From an uncultured Gammaproteobacteria bacterium (GTDB lineage Bacteria > Pseudomonadota > Gammaproteobacteria > CAZDOC01), in assembly GCA_964506945.1 (NCBI GenBank), contig CAZDOC010000011.1, forward strand, positions 427-64,426: 64,000 nt of DNA. Reading direction: 5' to 3'. The notes beneath the pieces were generated by a model. The model had not been told where the DNA came from. It saw only the letters and a program-made list of their open reading frames with translations, and did not search any database. A program made the translations under genes and the position numbers. This document shows, piece by piece, positions 9,423-19,174 of the stretch; positions within the stretch are counted from its first letter, which is position 1, and each line of letters opens with the position of its first letter.

Positions 9423-11129
9423 AGCGGAGCGGACGTGAATACGCTTCACCGCTTCAGTCATCATCAGCAACACGAATCCTGGCAGCAGCAGAAGCCAGCT
9501 GGCCGGTTCCGGGATGGCCCCGCCAAGCGGTGCGGTGGAGGCAACAAATATACCTCCCCCGCCATAGTAGTTGCCAAAGGGGTTGGTAAAAGTGGCGGAG
9601 AAAGCCAGCTGACCCGAATCATTGAAACCACTACGGCGGCCATCTTCATTACCCGAACCATCGATGCTGAACCCGAGGGAGGCAATGGTTTTCCAGTCCC
9701 CGGGGGCGACCTCGAGCGGATCACCCTTGCGTATGATGGGCTCAAGCATATCGTCCATGGGATTCGCCACCCATATTCCAAAGCTGTTGCTGTTATCGAT
9801 GCCACTACCCGTCAGATCGGCCACGAAGGCGATCTGTCCCGCGGCATTGATAGTAGGCTCACGGAATATTCCACTAAAGAACGCACCACCGGTTCCAGGT
9901 GCGATATCACCTTCACGGACAACCAGCGATAACCGTCGATCAGCGCCGTATCTCCATATGCCCATGTCATTGGAAGCATCGACCCCGGTCCCTGAAAGCT
10001 TGCCGAGGAATGCAAGCTCACCATGAGCATTCAGCAAGGGTTTCCAGAACAGTTCCGCAAAGTCGGCTCCACCCGTTCCAGGAGCCGTGTCACCAACCCG
10101 GGTCACCAGGGAAAGACCGCTACTATCATCGAACCAGATCCCTGCTCCATTGGTCGTGGGATCCAAGTCCGCCCTGAAGGCTATCTGGCCATTATTGTTG
10201 ATGGAAGGCCACATATTGTAGGCATGGAAGTTCGAGCTGGTCCCGGGCGCCACGTCCTCCCCAGTGACCACCTTGGACAGGCCTCCAGGGGAACCTCGCC
10301 AGAGTCCTCCACTCGAGCCACGTGTGGGGGAAATGAATGTGCCCGAAAAGATCGTTTCTCCCCGATCATTGATGGCCCCCTCTTGCCGGTTCAAGGATAT
10401 TCCTTGGAGGTTTTGTCCCGTCCCCGGGGCGGGGTCTCCAGACTGGGCCAGCAGGGAAATATTGATGGCGGGATCACCGGTCCAGGCACCGGCCGACAAG
10501 CTGGCGCCATCAAGCAGCCCTGCGCTGAAGGCCACCTGTCCGGCTGCGTTCAAAAGTGGATCGCCAAGTGTCGAACTCCTGTAGGTGGCATGGGTTCCCG
10601 GTGCAGGAGAACCTTCTGTGGCGACGTTGCGCAGATCTCCCGGAAGTCCGGACAGGATACTTGCCCGGCTGGACGAATCCCAGGAACGGAAGGCAAGCTG
10701 CCCGCTATCGGACAATAGTGGAGCCCCCATGGACTTGATCCCCGGACCACTGCGTACAAGCTTTGCGAGGCTGCCTGCGTGACCCGCCCAGATGCCCCTG
10801 TCATTACTGCTATCTGCTCCGGGGTGTCGCAGGGTTCCTTGAAAGGCGACATCCCCGACTTCGTTGATCACGGGTGTAAAGAATTTATAGAAAGGGATGC
10901 CGGTACCGGCGGCAATATCACCGGTCTGTACCACGGTAGTGACAGGAACCGCCCACAATGTCCCGGTAATGGCCAGCAAGAGCAATCCGGTCATCCACCT
11001 TGCGTAGTTCAGAGCGTGGCGCTTGCGTACACCATGCGACATGGACAACCCGCAGGCTGCCGTCGTCCCCATTGGTTCCGATCGGTACTGTTTCATGTGC
11101 TTCGCTCCCCTCTTCCTGGCCTCATCCAT
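9369..11129 (-). CDS. PEP-CTERM-sorted surface protein with NxxGxxAF tandem repeats (start codon uncertain, may be downstream)
   Basis: Repeats NEVGDVAF, NAAGQVAF, NNNGQIAF, NAHGELAF, NAAGQIAF, NDSGQLAF. C-terminal IPEPASWLLLLPGFVLLMM followed by basic residues. Hydrophobic signal region GLLLLAITGTLWA. Confidence 0.85.
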   Translation of the reverse strand: MDEARKRGAKHMKQYRSEPMGTTAACGLSMSHGVRKRHALNYARWMTGLLLLAITGTLWAVPVTTVVQTGDIAAGTGIPFYKFFTPVINEVGDVAFQGTLRHPGADSSNDRGIWAGHAGSLAKLVRSGPGIKSMGAPLLSDSGQLAFRSWDSSSRASILSGLPGDLRNVATEGSPAPGTHATYRSSTLGDPLLNAAGQVAFSAGLLDGASLSAGAWTGDPAINISLLAQSGDPAPGTGQNLQGISLNRQEGAINDRGETIFSGTFISPTRGSSGGLWRGSPGGLSKVVTGEDVAPGTSSNFHAYNMWPSINNNGQIAFRADLDPTTNGAGIWFDDSSGLSLVTRVGDTAPGTGGADFAELFWKPLLNAHGELAFLGKLSGTGVDASNDMGIWRYGADRRLSLVVREGDIAPGTGGAFFSGIFREPTINAAGQIAFVADLTGSGIDNSNSFGIWVANPMDDMLEPIIRKGDPLEVAPGDWKTIASLGFSIDGSGNEDGRRSGFNDSGQLAFSATFTNPFGNYYGGGGIFVASTAPLGGAIPEPASWLLLLPGFVLLMMTEAVKRIHVRSASFRGGACFSESPGSLAG

Positions 11130-11376
11130 TGTTCTGACTCATGAACTTCTCATGGACCCTTCCTGCAGCATCCGTTCCAGAAATGTTCAGGCTGACGGAT
11201 TCTGACCTGTCGAACCGATGTCCGGTTACGGAAACCTCACGCCACCCCGTCGGAACAGATCCATAGCATGCTGATTACAAGAGAGAATATATTGTTGATG
11301 GTCGCCATGTTGACGATCGGTTGAGCTGGCTTTGAAGTGCAGGACGATGGTCGGATGATCAGCATGGATGCGCTGG

Positions 11377-11516
11377 TGTAAAGAATCTTGACAACTTTTC
11401 TCTATGGGTTCTTGATCCAGATCAATTCCCGGAGATTCAGTCGTTGCTGTTCTTCAGTAGTTACAACATGTTGTCAAATCAAATGACCAATCCTTGGGGT
11501 GTAAGATTTATTGACG
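11377..11516. promoter_or_regulatory. Three 17-bp TGT(A/C)A...TGAC enhancer-like boxes upstream of the PEP-CTERM gene
   Basis: TGTAAAGAATCTTGACA (11377-11393), TGTCAAATCAAATGACC (11472-11488), TGTAAGATTTATTGACG (11500-11516). Confidence 0.5.
11412..11425. promoter_or_regulatory. FNR/ANR-type box
   Basis: Perfect TTGAT-N4-ATCAA (TTGATCCAGATCAA) in intergenic DNA. Confidence 0.55.
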
Positions 11517-11586
11517 GCCCGGCGTCTGAATCCTTCGAATGCGGCATGTGACAGGAAATTCCCTGAAAGGACAAACCAGGGCAGAC

Positions 11587-12606
11587 TCATTCATCCGCTT
11601 TTGGATCCTGCCGGCGATATTCGTTTTTCAATCCCTCCGCACGCCGCCGGGTCTCATCATCCATGTCCCGCTCCAGGGCATCGATATTCTCCCGTGCCGG
11701 CCGGTAACCCTGTTCCGCCGCCAGCTCGAACCAGGCCATGGCCTCGGCCGGATCCTTGTCCACGCCCAGCCCCTGGTAATAGAGCAGACCGAGGTTGAAC
11801 TGGGCATCGGCCAGGCCCTGCAGGGCGGCCTTGCGGAACCAGTCACCGGCCTGGGCATAGTCCCGCGCCACACCCTTGCCCTGGGCATAGAGGACGCCGA
11901 GATTGAGCTGCGCGCGGGCCATGCCCCGATCGGCGGCCTTGCGGAACCAGTCGGCGGCCCGTGACGGCTCCGGGGCCACGCCCCGGCCCTCCAGATACAG
12001 CGCGCCCAGGTTGAACTCGGCCTTGGCATCGCCCCGGGCGGCGGCCTTCAGGAACCATTCCCGGGCCTGTCCGGGATCGGCGTCGACGCCGACCCCCTCC
12101 AGGTACATCAGACCCAGGTTGTATTGCGCCCCGGTGTGTCCCGCCTCGGCCGCGCGGCGGAACCAGTTCAGGGCCTGGAAGTCGTTCTGGGCCACGCCCT
12201 CGCCATGGTAATAGCGCAGGGCCAGGTAGAACTGCGCCCGCGCATGACCTTGTACCGCGGCCCGGCGGAACCAGTCCGCGGCCCGGGTATAGTCCCGGGC
12301 CACTGCGTCACCGCGCAGGGACATCAGGCCGAGGTTGTACTGCGCCCCCCGAAGACCCTGCTTCGCCGCCTTCAGGAACCACTCCCTGGCCGCGGCCTTC
12401 TGCTGGGGCACGCCCAGACCCTTGTACATCAGGGTGGCGAGATTGTTCTGCGCCACCGCATTGCCGCCCTCCGCCAGTTGACGAAAGACCCTGGCGGCCT
12501 CGATATACTGCTGCCGCGCCAGCAGCTCATTGCCCTGCCGGATATCGGGCCTGGCCGCGGCGGGCATGACCCAGACCAGCGCCAGCAACAGGATCAGGGG
12601 ATACAA
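11587..12606 (-). CDS. Sel1-repeat (SLR) exported protein
   Basis: Signal peptide, then about seven 36-aa repeats of AQ(Y/F)NLG.(M/L)Y..G.GV..D...A..WF.KAA..G. Confidence 0.92.
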   Translation of the reverse strand: MYPLILLLALVWVMPAAARPDIRQGNELLARQQYIEAARVFRQLAEGGNAVAQNNLATLMYKGLGVPQQKAAAREWFLKAAKQGLRGAQYNLGLMSLRGDAVARDYTRAADWFRRAAVQGHARAQFYLALRYYHGEGVAQNDFQALNWFRRAAEAGHTGAQYNLGLMYLEGVGVDADPGQAREWFLKAAARGDAKAEFNLGALYLEGRGVAPEPSRAADWFRKAADRGMARAQLNLGVLYAQGKGVARDYAQAGDWFRKAALQGLADAQFNLGLLYYQGLGVDKDPAEAMAWFELAAEQGYRPARENIDALERDMDDETRRRAEGLKNEYRRQDPKADE

Positions 12607-12612
12607 TGCGGC

Positions 12613-13188
12613 CTATTCCGGCATGAATACCAGTGAGAAGCTCACCGGCACACTGGTGGCGATCGCGCTCAGTCCGGCCAGCTCCTTCAGCTTCCCTATA
12701 CCGCTGCCCAGAGCATAGTCCAGGGCATTCAGGATCACCGGTACCGTGGTCTCCACGCGCAGGGCGCCGTCCTTCAGGCCAATGACCCGCAACTGGGTTG
12801 CGATCCTGCCCTTCACGCCATGCAGTTCGAGCTGTCCGGAGACCGCGATCCGGCGTTCCTCTCCGGCGCCCAGTCCTGCCACCTGGGCGGGGTCGATCCG
12901 GGTGCTAAAGATCGCCGTGGGGAAGCGCCCCGTCTCGAACAGATACTGGCGCATGCGCTGGTTGCGGATCGGGATATGGCTGTCGACCGTATTCAGGGCG
13001 ATCGCCAGGCGTGCATGGCCGCTGTCGTCGATAACGCCCCGCAGGCTGGTAAAGGTATTGCCCGCCTCCATCACATGGCCCTTCTTGGTGGAAATATAGT
13101 TGAGTGCGGAACGGCTGTTGTCCAGCACCCAGGCCGCCTGCAGGGCCTGCGAGGCCAGCAGCAGCATGAAAGGAATCAGGTATCGCAT
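12613..13188 (-). CDS. YceI family lipid/polyisoprenoid-binding periplasmic protein
   Basis: Signal peptide, WVLDNSRSALNYISTKK, VDSHIPIRNQRMRQYLFET, GQLELHG. Confidence 0.88.
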   Translation of the reverse strand: MRYLIPFMLLLASQALQAAWVLDNSRSALNYISTKKGHVMEAGNTFTSLRGVIDDSGHARLAIALNTVDSHIPIRNQRMRQYLFETGRFPTAIFSTRIDPAQVAGLGAGEERRIAVSGQLELHGVKGRIATQLRVIGLKDGALRVETTVPVILNALDYALGSGIGKLKELAGLSAIATSVPVSFSLVFMPE

Positions 13189-13277
13189 CGGCGTATCTCC
13201 CACTTTCCGTCATTGGAGATTACATGCATAGCACATAACGGACCGATGCGTAAATGCTGCATTGCCCCGGAAAGAAC

Positions 13278-13448
13278 TCACCACCAAGGACACGAAGGGT
13301 TCGGGAAAGGGCGCCAGTTGCGGATGCCCTGGCATGTCGAGATATCAGAATATCTCTGACAAGGGTCTTTGTTGTTACAGGTTCAAGCGGTATCGCGACC
13401 CGTCTTTATTTATTCTATTCTTCGTGCCCTTCGTGTTCTTCGTGGTGA
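13278..13448. repeat. Intergenic element bounded by inverted CACGAAG-unit repeats (copy 1)
   Basis: Left end TCACCACCAAGGACACGAAGGG; right end CTTCGTGCCCTTCGTGTTCTTCGTGGTGA. Confidence 0.7.
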
Positions 13449-13469
13449 ATCGATCCACCACCCCAGGCA

Positions 13470-16400
13470 TCAATCGACATCGGCGTCCTTGCCGAAATGG
13501 CCGTAACTGAGCATCACCGCCGGCATGATGAGCAGATTGAGGATGGTCGATGAGGCCAGGCCACCGATGATGATGGCGGCCATCGGCCCCATGATCTCAC
13601 GCCCGGGGTTATCGCTGTCGAAGGCAATCGGCATCATCGCCAGGGCGGTGACCAGCGCGGTCATGAGGATGGACGGCAGGCGTTCCTGGGCCCCGCGTAT
13701 GGCGGTACGCAGGTTCCACTCATGGCCGTCGTCCTCGACCAGGTGGCGGTAATGGGAGATCAGCATGATGGAGTTGCGCACGGTAATGCCGAACAGGGTC
13801 ACGAAACCCACCATGGAGCCCACCGACAACGTGGCCCCGCTGAGGACCACCGCCAGCACACCGCCGAGCAGCGAAAAGGGCAGGTTCAGCAACACCAGCA
13901 AGGTATTGCGAAAACTGCCGATGGCGATATAGATCAGGATCATCACCCCCAGTCCGGCCAATACCGAGTGCAGGATGAGATCGCGCCGGGCGCTGGCCTG
14001 CTCGACGGCAGCACCGGTGAATTCCGGATACACGCCCTGACCGAAGTCGATTCCGCCCAGGACCCGCCGGCGCAATTCCCGCATGAAGGAATCCAGATCC
14101 CGGCCACTGACGTTACAGGTCACGGTCTGCAGGCGCTGGGCGCCCTGATGCAGGATGTTATAGCGCCCGCCGACCTCGGCGATATCGGCGACCTGCCCCA
14201 GTTCCAGCATCCTTCCATCACGGGTGCGCAGTGGCAAGCGCCTGACCGTGGCCGGATCACGCCGGTATTCCGGCGCCAGCACCACGGCGATGTCATACAC
14301 CCGGTTGCCCCGGTATTGCCGGCCCACGGTCTTGCCTTCATAGGCCACCTCGACGGCATCCATGACCTCGACCGGACGCAGGCCCCAGTAAGCCAGCCGG
14401 TCCAGGCGCAGGCGGATCTGCAGCACCGGGGTGCCGGGAGGGGAGCGCAATTGTACGTCCTCGGCGCCGCGCAGTCCGCGCATCACGGCCGCGACCTGTT
14501 GCGCCTTGCGGTCCAGCACGTCCAGGTCGTTGCCATAGATATTCACCACCACCGGTGCGGTATAACCGGAGATGGTCTCGTCGACACGTTCGGTCAGAAA
14601 GGTATTGGCTTCATAGAGTATCCCCGGGAAGCGCTTGAGTATGGCGCGTAACGCATCCAGCACGCGTTGCTGCTCCGACCCGGACAAGGGGTCCAGATCG
14701 ATCTCGTATTCGCTGTAATGGCTGCCGAAGGTATCGGCGCCTCGTTCGGCGCGGCCGGCCCATTGCGATACCGATCGCACCCCCGGGATCTCCAGGAACT
14801 GCTCCGTCAGGGCAGCGCCGATGCGCAGGGATTCCCGTAGCGAGGTCCCCGAGGCGCTGGAGGTATGGACGATGTAATGCCCCTCACGCAACTCCGGCAG
14901 GAACTTCCCCCCCAACCAGGGCAGGACCATGACACCCAGCAGACACAGTCCCAGGGTGGCAAGCAGGAGCAGCAGCGGGATGCGTGCGATCACGCGCAGG
15001 CACAGACCATAGACCGGCCGCAACCAGCGGATCAGGGGCGGATCACGCAAATCCAGTTTGCTGTGCCCCAGCAGCAGGTAGCACAGCGCCGGGGTTACCG
15101 TCAGGGCCACGCCCAGGGACATCAGGATGGCGAGGATGTAGGAAAAGCCCAGCGGCGAGAACATGCGGCCGGCCACGCCACCCAGGGTCAGCAGCGGCAC
15201 GAACACCAGGGCCACGATGAAACTCGCGTACACCACCGAACCACGCACCTCCATGGAGGCCTCGAAGACGACCTGGTCCAACGGCCTCGGCGTCGCCAGG
15301 GCGCGGTTCTCGCGCAGGCGACGAAAGATGTTCTCGGTATCGATGATGGCGTCATCGACCACCTCGCCCAGGGCGATGGCCAGTCCGCCAAGCACCATGA
15401 TATTGAGGTTCACACCCAGATCCAGCAGCACGATCACCGCGCTCATCAGCGACAGCGGGATGGCCAGCGCTGAGATCACCGCGGTACGGATATTGAACAG
15501 GAACAGGAACAGCACCACGACCACGAACACACCCCCGATCAACAGGTGGCCGGAGATATTCCTTACCGAGGTCTCGATATAGTTGGCGGGGCGGAACAGG
15601 TCCGGGTAAAAATCGATGCCCTGACGCTGCATCACCTGGCGGTACTCGGCCAGGACCGCCTCGACGCTGCGCGATACGGTCAGGGTATTGGCGCCATACT
15701 GGGCGATCACCATCATCAGCACCCCCGGATGACCGTTGATGGCCGCCGCGCCAATCGCCGGTTGCGCCGCCATGCGGATGCGCGCAACATCCCCGAACAG
15801 CACGTTCCCGCTGGAGGTATGTTTCAATACCACCCGGCTCAAGGCCTCGGCATCACGCGGCTGGCCGGTGATCTGCAAGGTGATGCGCTGGGCATCGTTC
15901 TCGACGAAGCCACTGCCCTTGACACCCGAGGCCTGGCGCGCGGCCTCGGTGACCTCGGCGATGGACAGGCCATAGCGCCGCAGACGCCCGGGCAACAACT
16001 GCACTTGCAATTGTTGCACCTCGCCGCCAAACACGTTGACATCCGCGACCCCCGGCACGCTGAGGATGCGCGGCACCAGCGACCAGTCCACCAGGCTACG
16101 CAGATCCATCAGGCTGTGACTGTCGGAACTGACGCCGATGGTCAGTACCGTGGCCGATGAGGATGACAGCGGCACCGGCAGGGGCGGTCCCACCCCGGCG
16201 GGCAGCTTGCTGCCCAGGGTCGCCAGGCGCTCCGCCACCAGCTGCCGGTTCCTGTAGATGGCCGTATCCTCATCGAAGGTCAGGGTGACGATGGACAGGC
16301 CCTGTATGGACTCGGAACGTACCCGCCGCAGACCGATCAGACCCCCGACGCTGTTCTCGATGGGCTGGGAGACCAGGATCTCCACCTGTTGCGCCGACAG

Positions 16401-16565
16401 TCCCGGCGACTCGGTCTGGATCACGACCTGCTTGGGTGAAAACTCCGGGAAGATGTCCAGTCCGGCCTGAGACAGGTCGAGGGCGCCATAGGCCAGCAAC
16501 AGGGCCGCAAGCATGACGACGACGCCGCGGAATCGGACCGCGAAACGAACGATGGCAGCCAGCAT
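13470..16565 (-). CDS. RND efflux permease, CusA/CzcA (heavy-metal efflux) family
   Basis: 1031 aa; LDIFPEF, GLSAQQVE, GLAIALGEVVDDAIIDTENI, VGFVTLFGITVRNSI, ERLPSILMTAL. Confidence 0.92.
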   Translation of the reverse strand: MLAAIVRFAVRFRGVVVMLAALLLAYGALDLSQAGLDIFPEFSPKQVVIQTESPGLSAQQVEILVSQPIENSVGGLIGLRRVRSESIQGLSIVTLTFDEDTAIYRNRQLVAERLATLGSKLPAGVGPPLPVPLSSSSATVLTIGVSSDSHSLMDLRSLVDWSLVPRILSVPGVADVNVFGGEVQQLQVQLLPGRLRRYGLSIAEVTEAARQASGVKGSGFVENDAQRITLQITGQPRDAEALSRVVLKHTSSGNVLFGDVARIRMAAQPAIGAAAINGHPGVLMMVIAQYGANTLTVSRSVEAVLAEYRQVMQRQGIDFYPDLFRPANYIETSVRNISGHLLIGGVFVVVVLFLFLFNIRTAVISALAIPLSLMSAVIVLLDLGVNLNIMVLGGLAIALGEVVDDAIIDTENIFRRLRENRALATPRPLDQVVFEASMEVRGSVVYASFIVALVFVPLLTLGGVAGRMFSPLGFSYILAILMSLGVALTVTPALCYLLLGHSKLDLRDPPLIRWLRPVYGLCLRVIARIPLLLLLATLGLCLLGVMVLPWLGGKFLPELREGHYIVHTSSASGTSLRESLRIGAALTEQFLEIPGVRSVSQWAGRAERGADTFGSHYSEYEIDLDPLSGSEQQRVLDALRAILKRFPGILYEANTFLTERVDETISGYTAPVVVNIYGNDLDVLDRKAQQVAAVMRGLRGAEDVQLRSPPGTPVLQIRLRLDRLAYWGLRPVEVMDAVEVAYEGKTVGRQYRGNRVYDIAVVLAPEYRRDPATVRRLPLRTRDGRMLELGQVADIAEVGGRYNILHQGAQRLQTVTCNVSGRDLDSFMRELRRRVLGGIDFGQGVYPEFTGAAVEQASARRDLILHSVLAGLGVMILIYIAIGSFRNTLLVLLNLPFSLLGGVLAVVLSGATLSVGSMVGFVTLFGITVRNSIMLISHYRHLVEDDGHEWNLRTAIRGAQERLPSILMTALVTALAMMPIAFDSDNPGREIMGPMAAIIIGGLASSTILNLLIMPAVMLSYGHFGKDADVD

Positions 16566-16607
16566 CTCAGCCTTCCCCCGGCCTGTGGCGGCTTGCGCGG
16601 TAGGGCA

Positions 16608-17765
16608 TCAATCATCATCCTCGTTCGGGATCTGCCAGCGGAACTCCTCCGACAGCAACATCTGCGCACCCTGGGTGACGACCTCGGCACCGGCCCGCAG
16701 ACCCGCACGGACGAACCAGCCATCCCCGAGTTCACGGCCATCGCCGATGGCCTGTCGCACGAAGGTCTCGGGGCTACTGCGCACATAGACCCAGGGCTGT
16801 CCGGCATACCAGATCGCGGCCCGCGCGGGCACCCGCACGCCGGTCTCCGCCTGACTGCGTCGTGGTCCCCAGGCGCTCAGACGCATGCCGATACGCAATC
16901 TGGCGGCGGCGGTGTGGAAGAACCAGCTCTCGCCCTGCAGCCAGGTGTCGGTTCGTGGCGCAGGCGAGATCCTGTGCGCCGGCGCGGACTGCTCCCGCTC
17001 ACCGTCCGGGCTGACCGAGATCCGCTCTGCCGAGTCCGGCATCCTGGCGCCGGCGGGCATGACCACCCGCAGCAGAACCTCCCGTCCCTGGCGCAGTGCC
17101 TGACCCCAGGCAAGGTCATCATCCAGGATGGCGGCGATCAGGACGCGTCCCCAATGCTGCTCCGCCGCGGCCCTGAGTCCCTGGCGGCGGATCCGCGCCG
17201 CCGCGACACGCAGTTGATCGGCGCGGGCCTGCGCCTCGGCCTGCTGCAGGGTCTTGACAGAGACATTGGCATCCGCCTGCTGCAGCAGGCGGATACGCTT
17301 GAGTTCCCTGCTCGAAAGACGCAGCGCCGATTGCAGCAGGGCGAGATCGGCCCGGCCTGCGAGCCAGTCGTTGCGCAGCCGGATCAGCGGCGCCGGATCC
17401 AGCACCTCGGCATAGGCCGAGAATTCCGGCAGATACCGCATCGCCCTCAGGACCTGGGTCTGCAGACCGCTGATGCGCTGTAAATCCGGCGGCATGCGTA
17501 CCGTCCCGGGACGAACCTGGGCGACCTCCTCCGGCACCGGGCCATGCCCGTCGGCAGCCGGGGATCCCGCGCCAGGGGCATCATCATCCTCACCCTCCGT
17601 CACCGCAGCGTTCCGGCGCGCCAGCACCCAGCCATGCAGGTCCTGCTCCAGTTCCCGCCAGCCATCGACGATATAATCCCGCACAGGAACCCCGGCCAGG
17701 GCCAGACCAAACCAGACCAGGGCCAGTACCAGCAGGAGCAGCGACAATCGACGCATCCGTTTCAC
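16608..17765 (-). CDS. RND membrane fusion (periplasmic adaptor) protein
   Basis: N-terminal TM, helical hairpin, GVRVPARAAIWYAGQPWVYV and GLRAGAEVVTQGAQMLLSEE; lies between TolC and the RND permease. Confidence 0.85.
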   Translation of the reverse strand: MKRMRRLSLLLLVLALVWFGLALAGVPVRDYIVDGWRELEQDLHGWVLARRNAAVTEGEDDDAPGAGSPAADGHGPVPEEVAQVRPGTVRMPPDLQRISGLQTQVLRAMRYLPEFSAYAEVLDPAPLIRLRNDWLAGRADLALLQSALRLSSRELKRIRLLQQADANVSVKTLQQAEAQARADQLRVAAARIRRQGLRAAAEQHWGRVLIAAILDDDLAWGQALRQGREVLLRVVMPAGARMPDSAERISVSPDGEREQSAPAHRISPAPRTDTWLQGESWFFHTAAARLRIGMRLSAWGPRRSQAETGVRVPARAAIWYAGQPWVYVRSSPETFVRQAIGDGRELGDGWFVRAGLRAGAEVVTQGAQMLLSEEFRWQIPNEDDD

Positions 17766-17767
17766 CT

Positions 17768-19174
17768 TCAGGGCTCCAGTCTGGCAGGGGGGATGGCCAC
17801 GATGCCGCTCAGGGTCTGTTGCAATGCGTCCTCGAGTCGAACCAGGGCGGCCACGCTCTGCCGATGCAGGCTGGCAAGGGAAACCCGGGCCTCGACAAGC
17901 TCCAGCTCGCCACGCAGGACGGCCAGATGGTCCGTGTAGCCCAGATCGTACTGACGCACGATCTGGGCTTGACGGGCCCCGGTATCGGCAAGCAGACGGG
18001 CGGCGGAGCGTTCCTCAGACAAGGCCAGCTGATAGGACTCACGGGCGCGATCGATGGCCTGAATGACCTCGACCTGCAAGGCATTGAATTCCGCCGCGCG
18101 TTGTTCGCGCCGGGCCTCGGCCTCCAGGATCTCGCCCCGATGCCGGTTCAACACCGGCAGCACCAGGGAACCGGCCAGGGCCCAGATATTGTCATTCTGG
18201 TCGAAGACATATCCCGGCGACAGCACCAGGTCCGGGTATTGCTGTTTCAGGGCCTCCTGCAATCGCGCCTCGGCGATCGCGTAGGCCTGCAGACCGGCGC
18301 GGATATCCACCCGCCGGTGCAGGGCCGCGCCACGGACAGCCGCGCCACGCGCCGGGTCCAGGACCGGCAGATCGGTGTAGTCGGACCCGGCGAGGGAGAT
18401 CCGTTCCAGCTGCGCGCCGGGCACACCGATGGCGGCGGCCAGGTCCTGCAGCGCCATGCGCGTGGCGGAACGACTGCGCAAGCCATCCAGTCTGGCGCGC
18501 TGCAAGCGCAGACGACTGCTGCTGACCTCGAAGGTGCTGACCTCACCGGCCCGCCGGCGTCGCTCCAGCAGGTCCACGATCCCCTCCAGCAGTTCGGTAC
18601 GCGACCGCAACAGATGTTCGGACTCACGCGCACCCAGATAACGGGCATGGGCCTCAAGCACCCCTCGGCGTATGCGCCAGGCCTCGGCCTCCAGGCGCAG
18701 ACGGGCCGCCCCGACCTCGGCGCGTGCGCGCCGCTGGCGCGCCTCGCGCTTGCCCGGGTATTCCAGCACCAGGTCCAGGATACCACCCAGCAGCCAATGC
18801 GAGATCCCTCCCGGGGCATCGCTGTGATGCTCGCTCTGCAGGTTCAGACCCGGATTGGGCACTTGCCCCGCGCGCACCACTCCAGCCTCGGCGATGCGCA
18901 GCTCCGCCTCGCGCACGGCAAGCCCGGGGTGCAGGGCCAGCGCCGCCAGGGCCAGTGATTCCCGGTCCCAGCGGGACAGGGGCCAGTGCGAGGGAGGCCG
19001 GCCATGGGCCTGCATGTATTCCCGCACCCGTTCCGCATCCAGCGAGCGGGCCAGATAGCCGGCAATACCCTGCTCCACCTGTAGTGGACGGGCCTGATAG
19101 CGCTGCATGCCACAGGCGCCCAGCAGGACCAGACCGCCCATCAGCAATGCACGCTTGCAATCGTTGAGACTCAT
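17768..19174 (-). CDS. TolC-family outer membrane efflux lipoprotein
   Basis: Lipobox LLGAC, two OEP-like repeats (PNPGLNL, QYPDLVLSPGY, LPVLNRHRGEI). Confidence 0.88.
   Translation of the reverse strand: MSLNDCKRALLMGGLVLLGACGMQRYQARPLQVEQGIAGYLARSLDAERVREYMQAHGRPPSHWPLSRWDRESLALAALALHPGLAVREAELRIAEAGVVRAGQVPNPGLNLQSEHHSDAPGGISHWLLGGILDLVLEYPGKREARQRRARAEVGAARLRLEAEAWRIRRGVLEAHARYLGARESEHLLRSRTELLEGIVDLLERRRRAGEVSTFEVSSSRLRLQRARLDGLRSRSATRMALQDLAAAIGVPGAQLERISLAGSDYTDLPVLDPARGAAVRGAALHRRVDIRAGLQAYAIAEARLQEALKQQYPDLVLSPGYVFDQNDNIWALAGSLVLPVLNRHRGEILEAEARREQRAAEFNALQVEVIQAIDRARESYQLALSEERSAARLLADTGARQAQIVRQYDLGYTDHLAVLRGELELVEARVSLASLHRQSVAALVRLEDALQQTLSGIVAIPPARLEP

Noticed and set aside
13254-13510. 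Short ORFs reading TTKDTK...FVPFVFFVV
   Set aside because: Translations of the CACGAAG repeat ends, not credible proteins.
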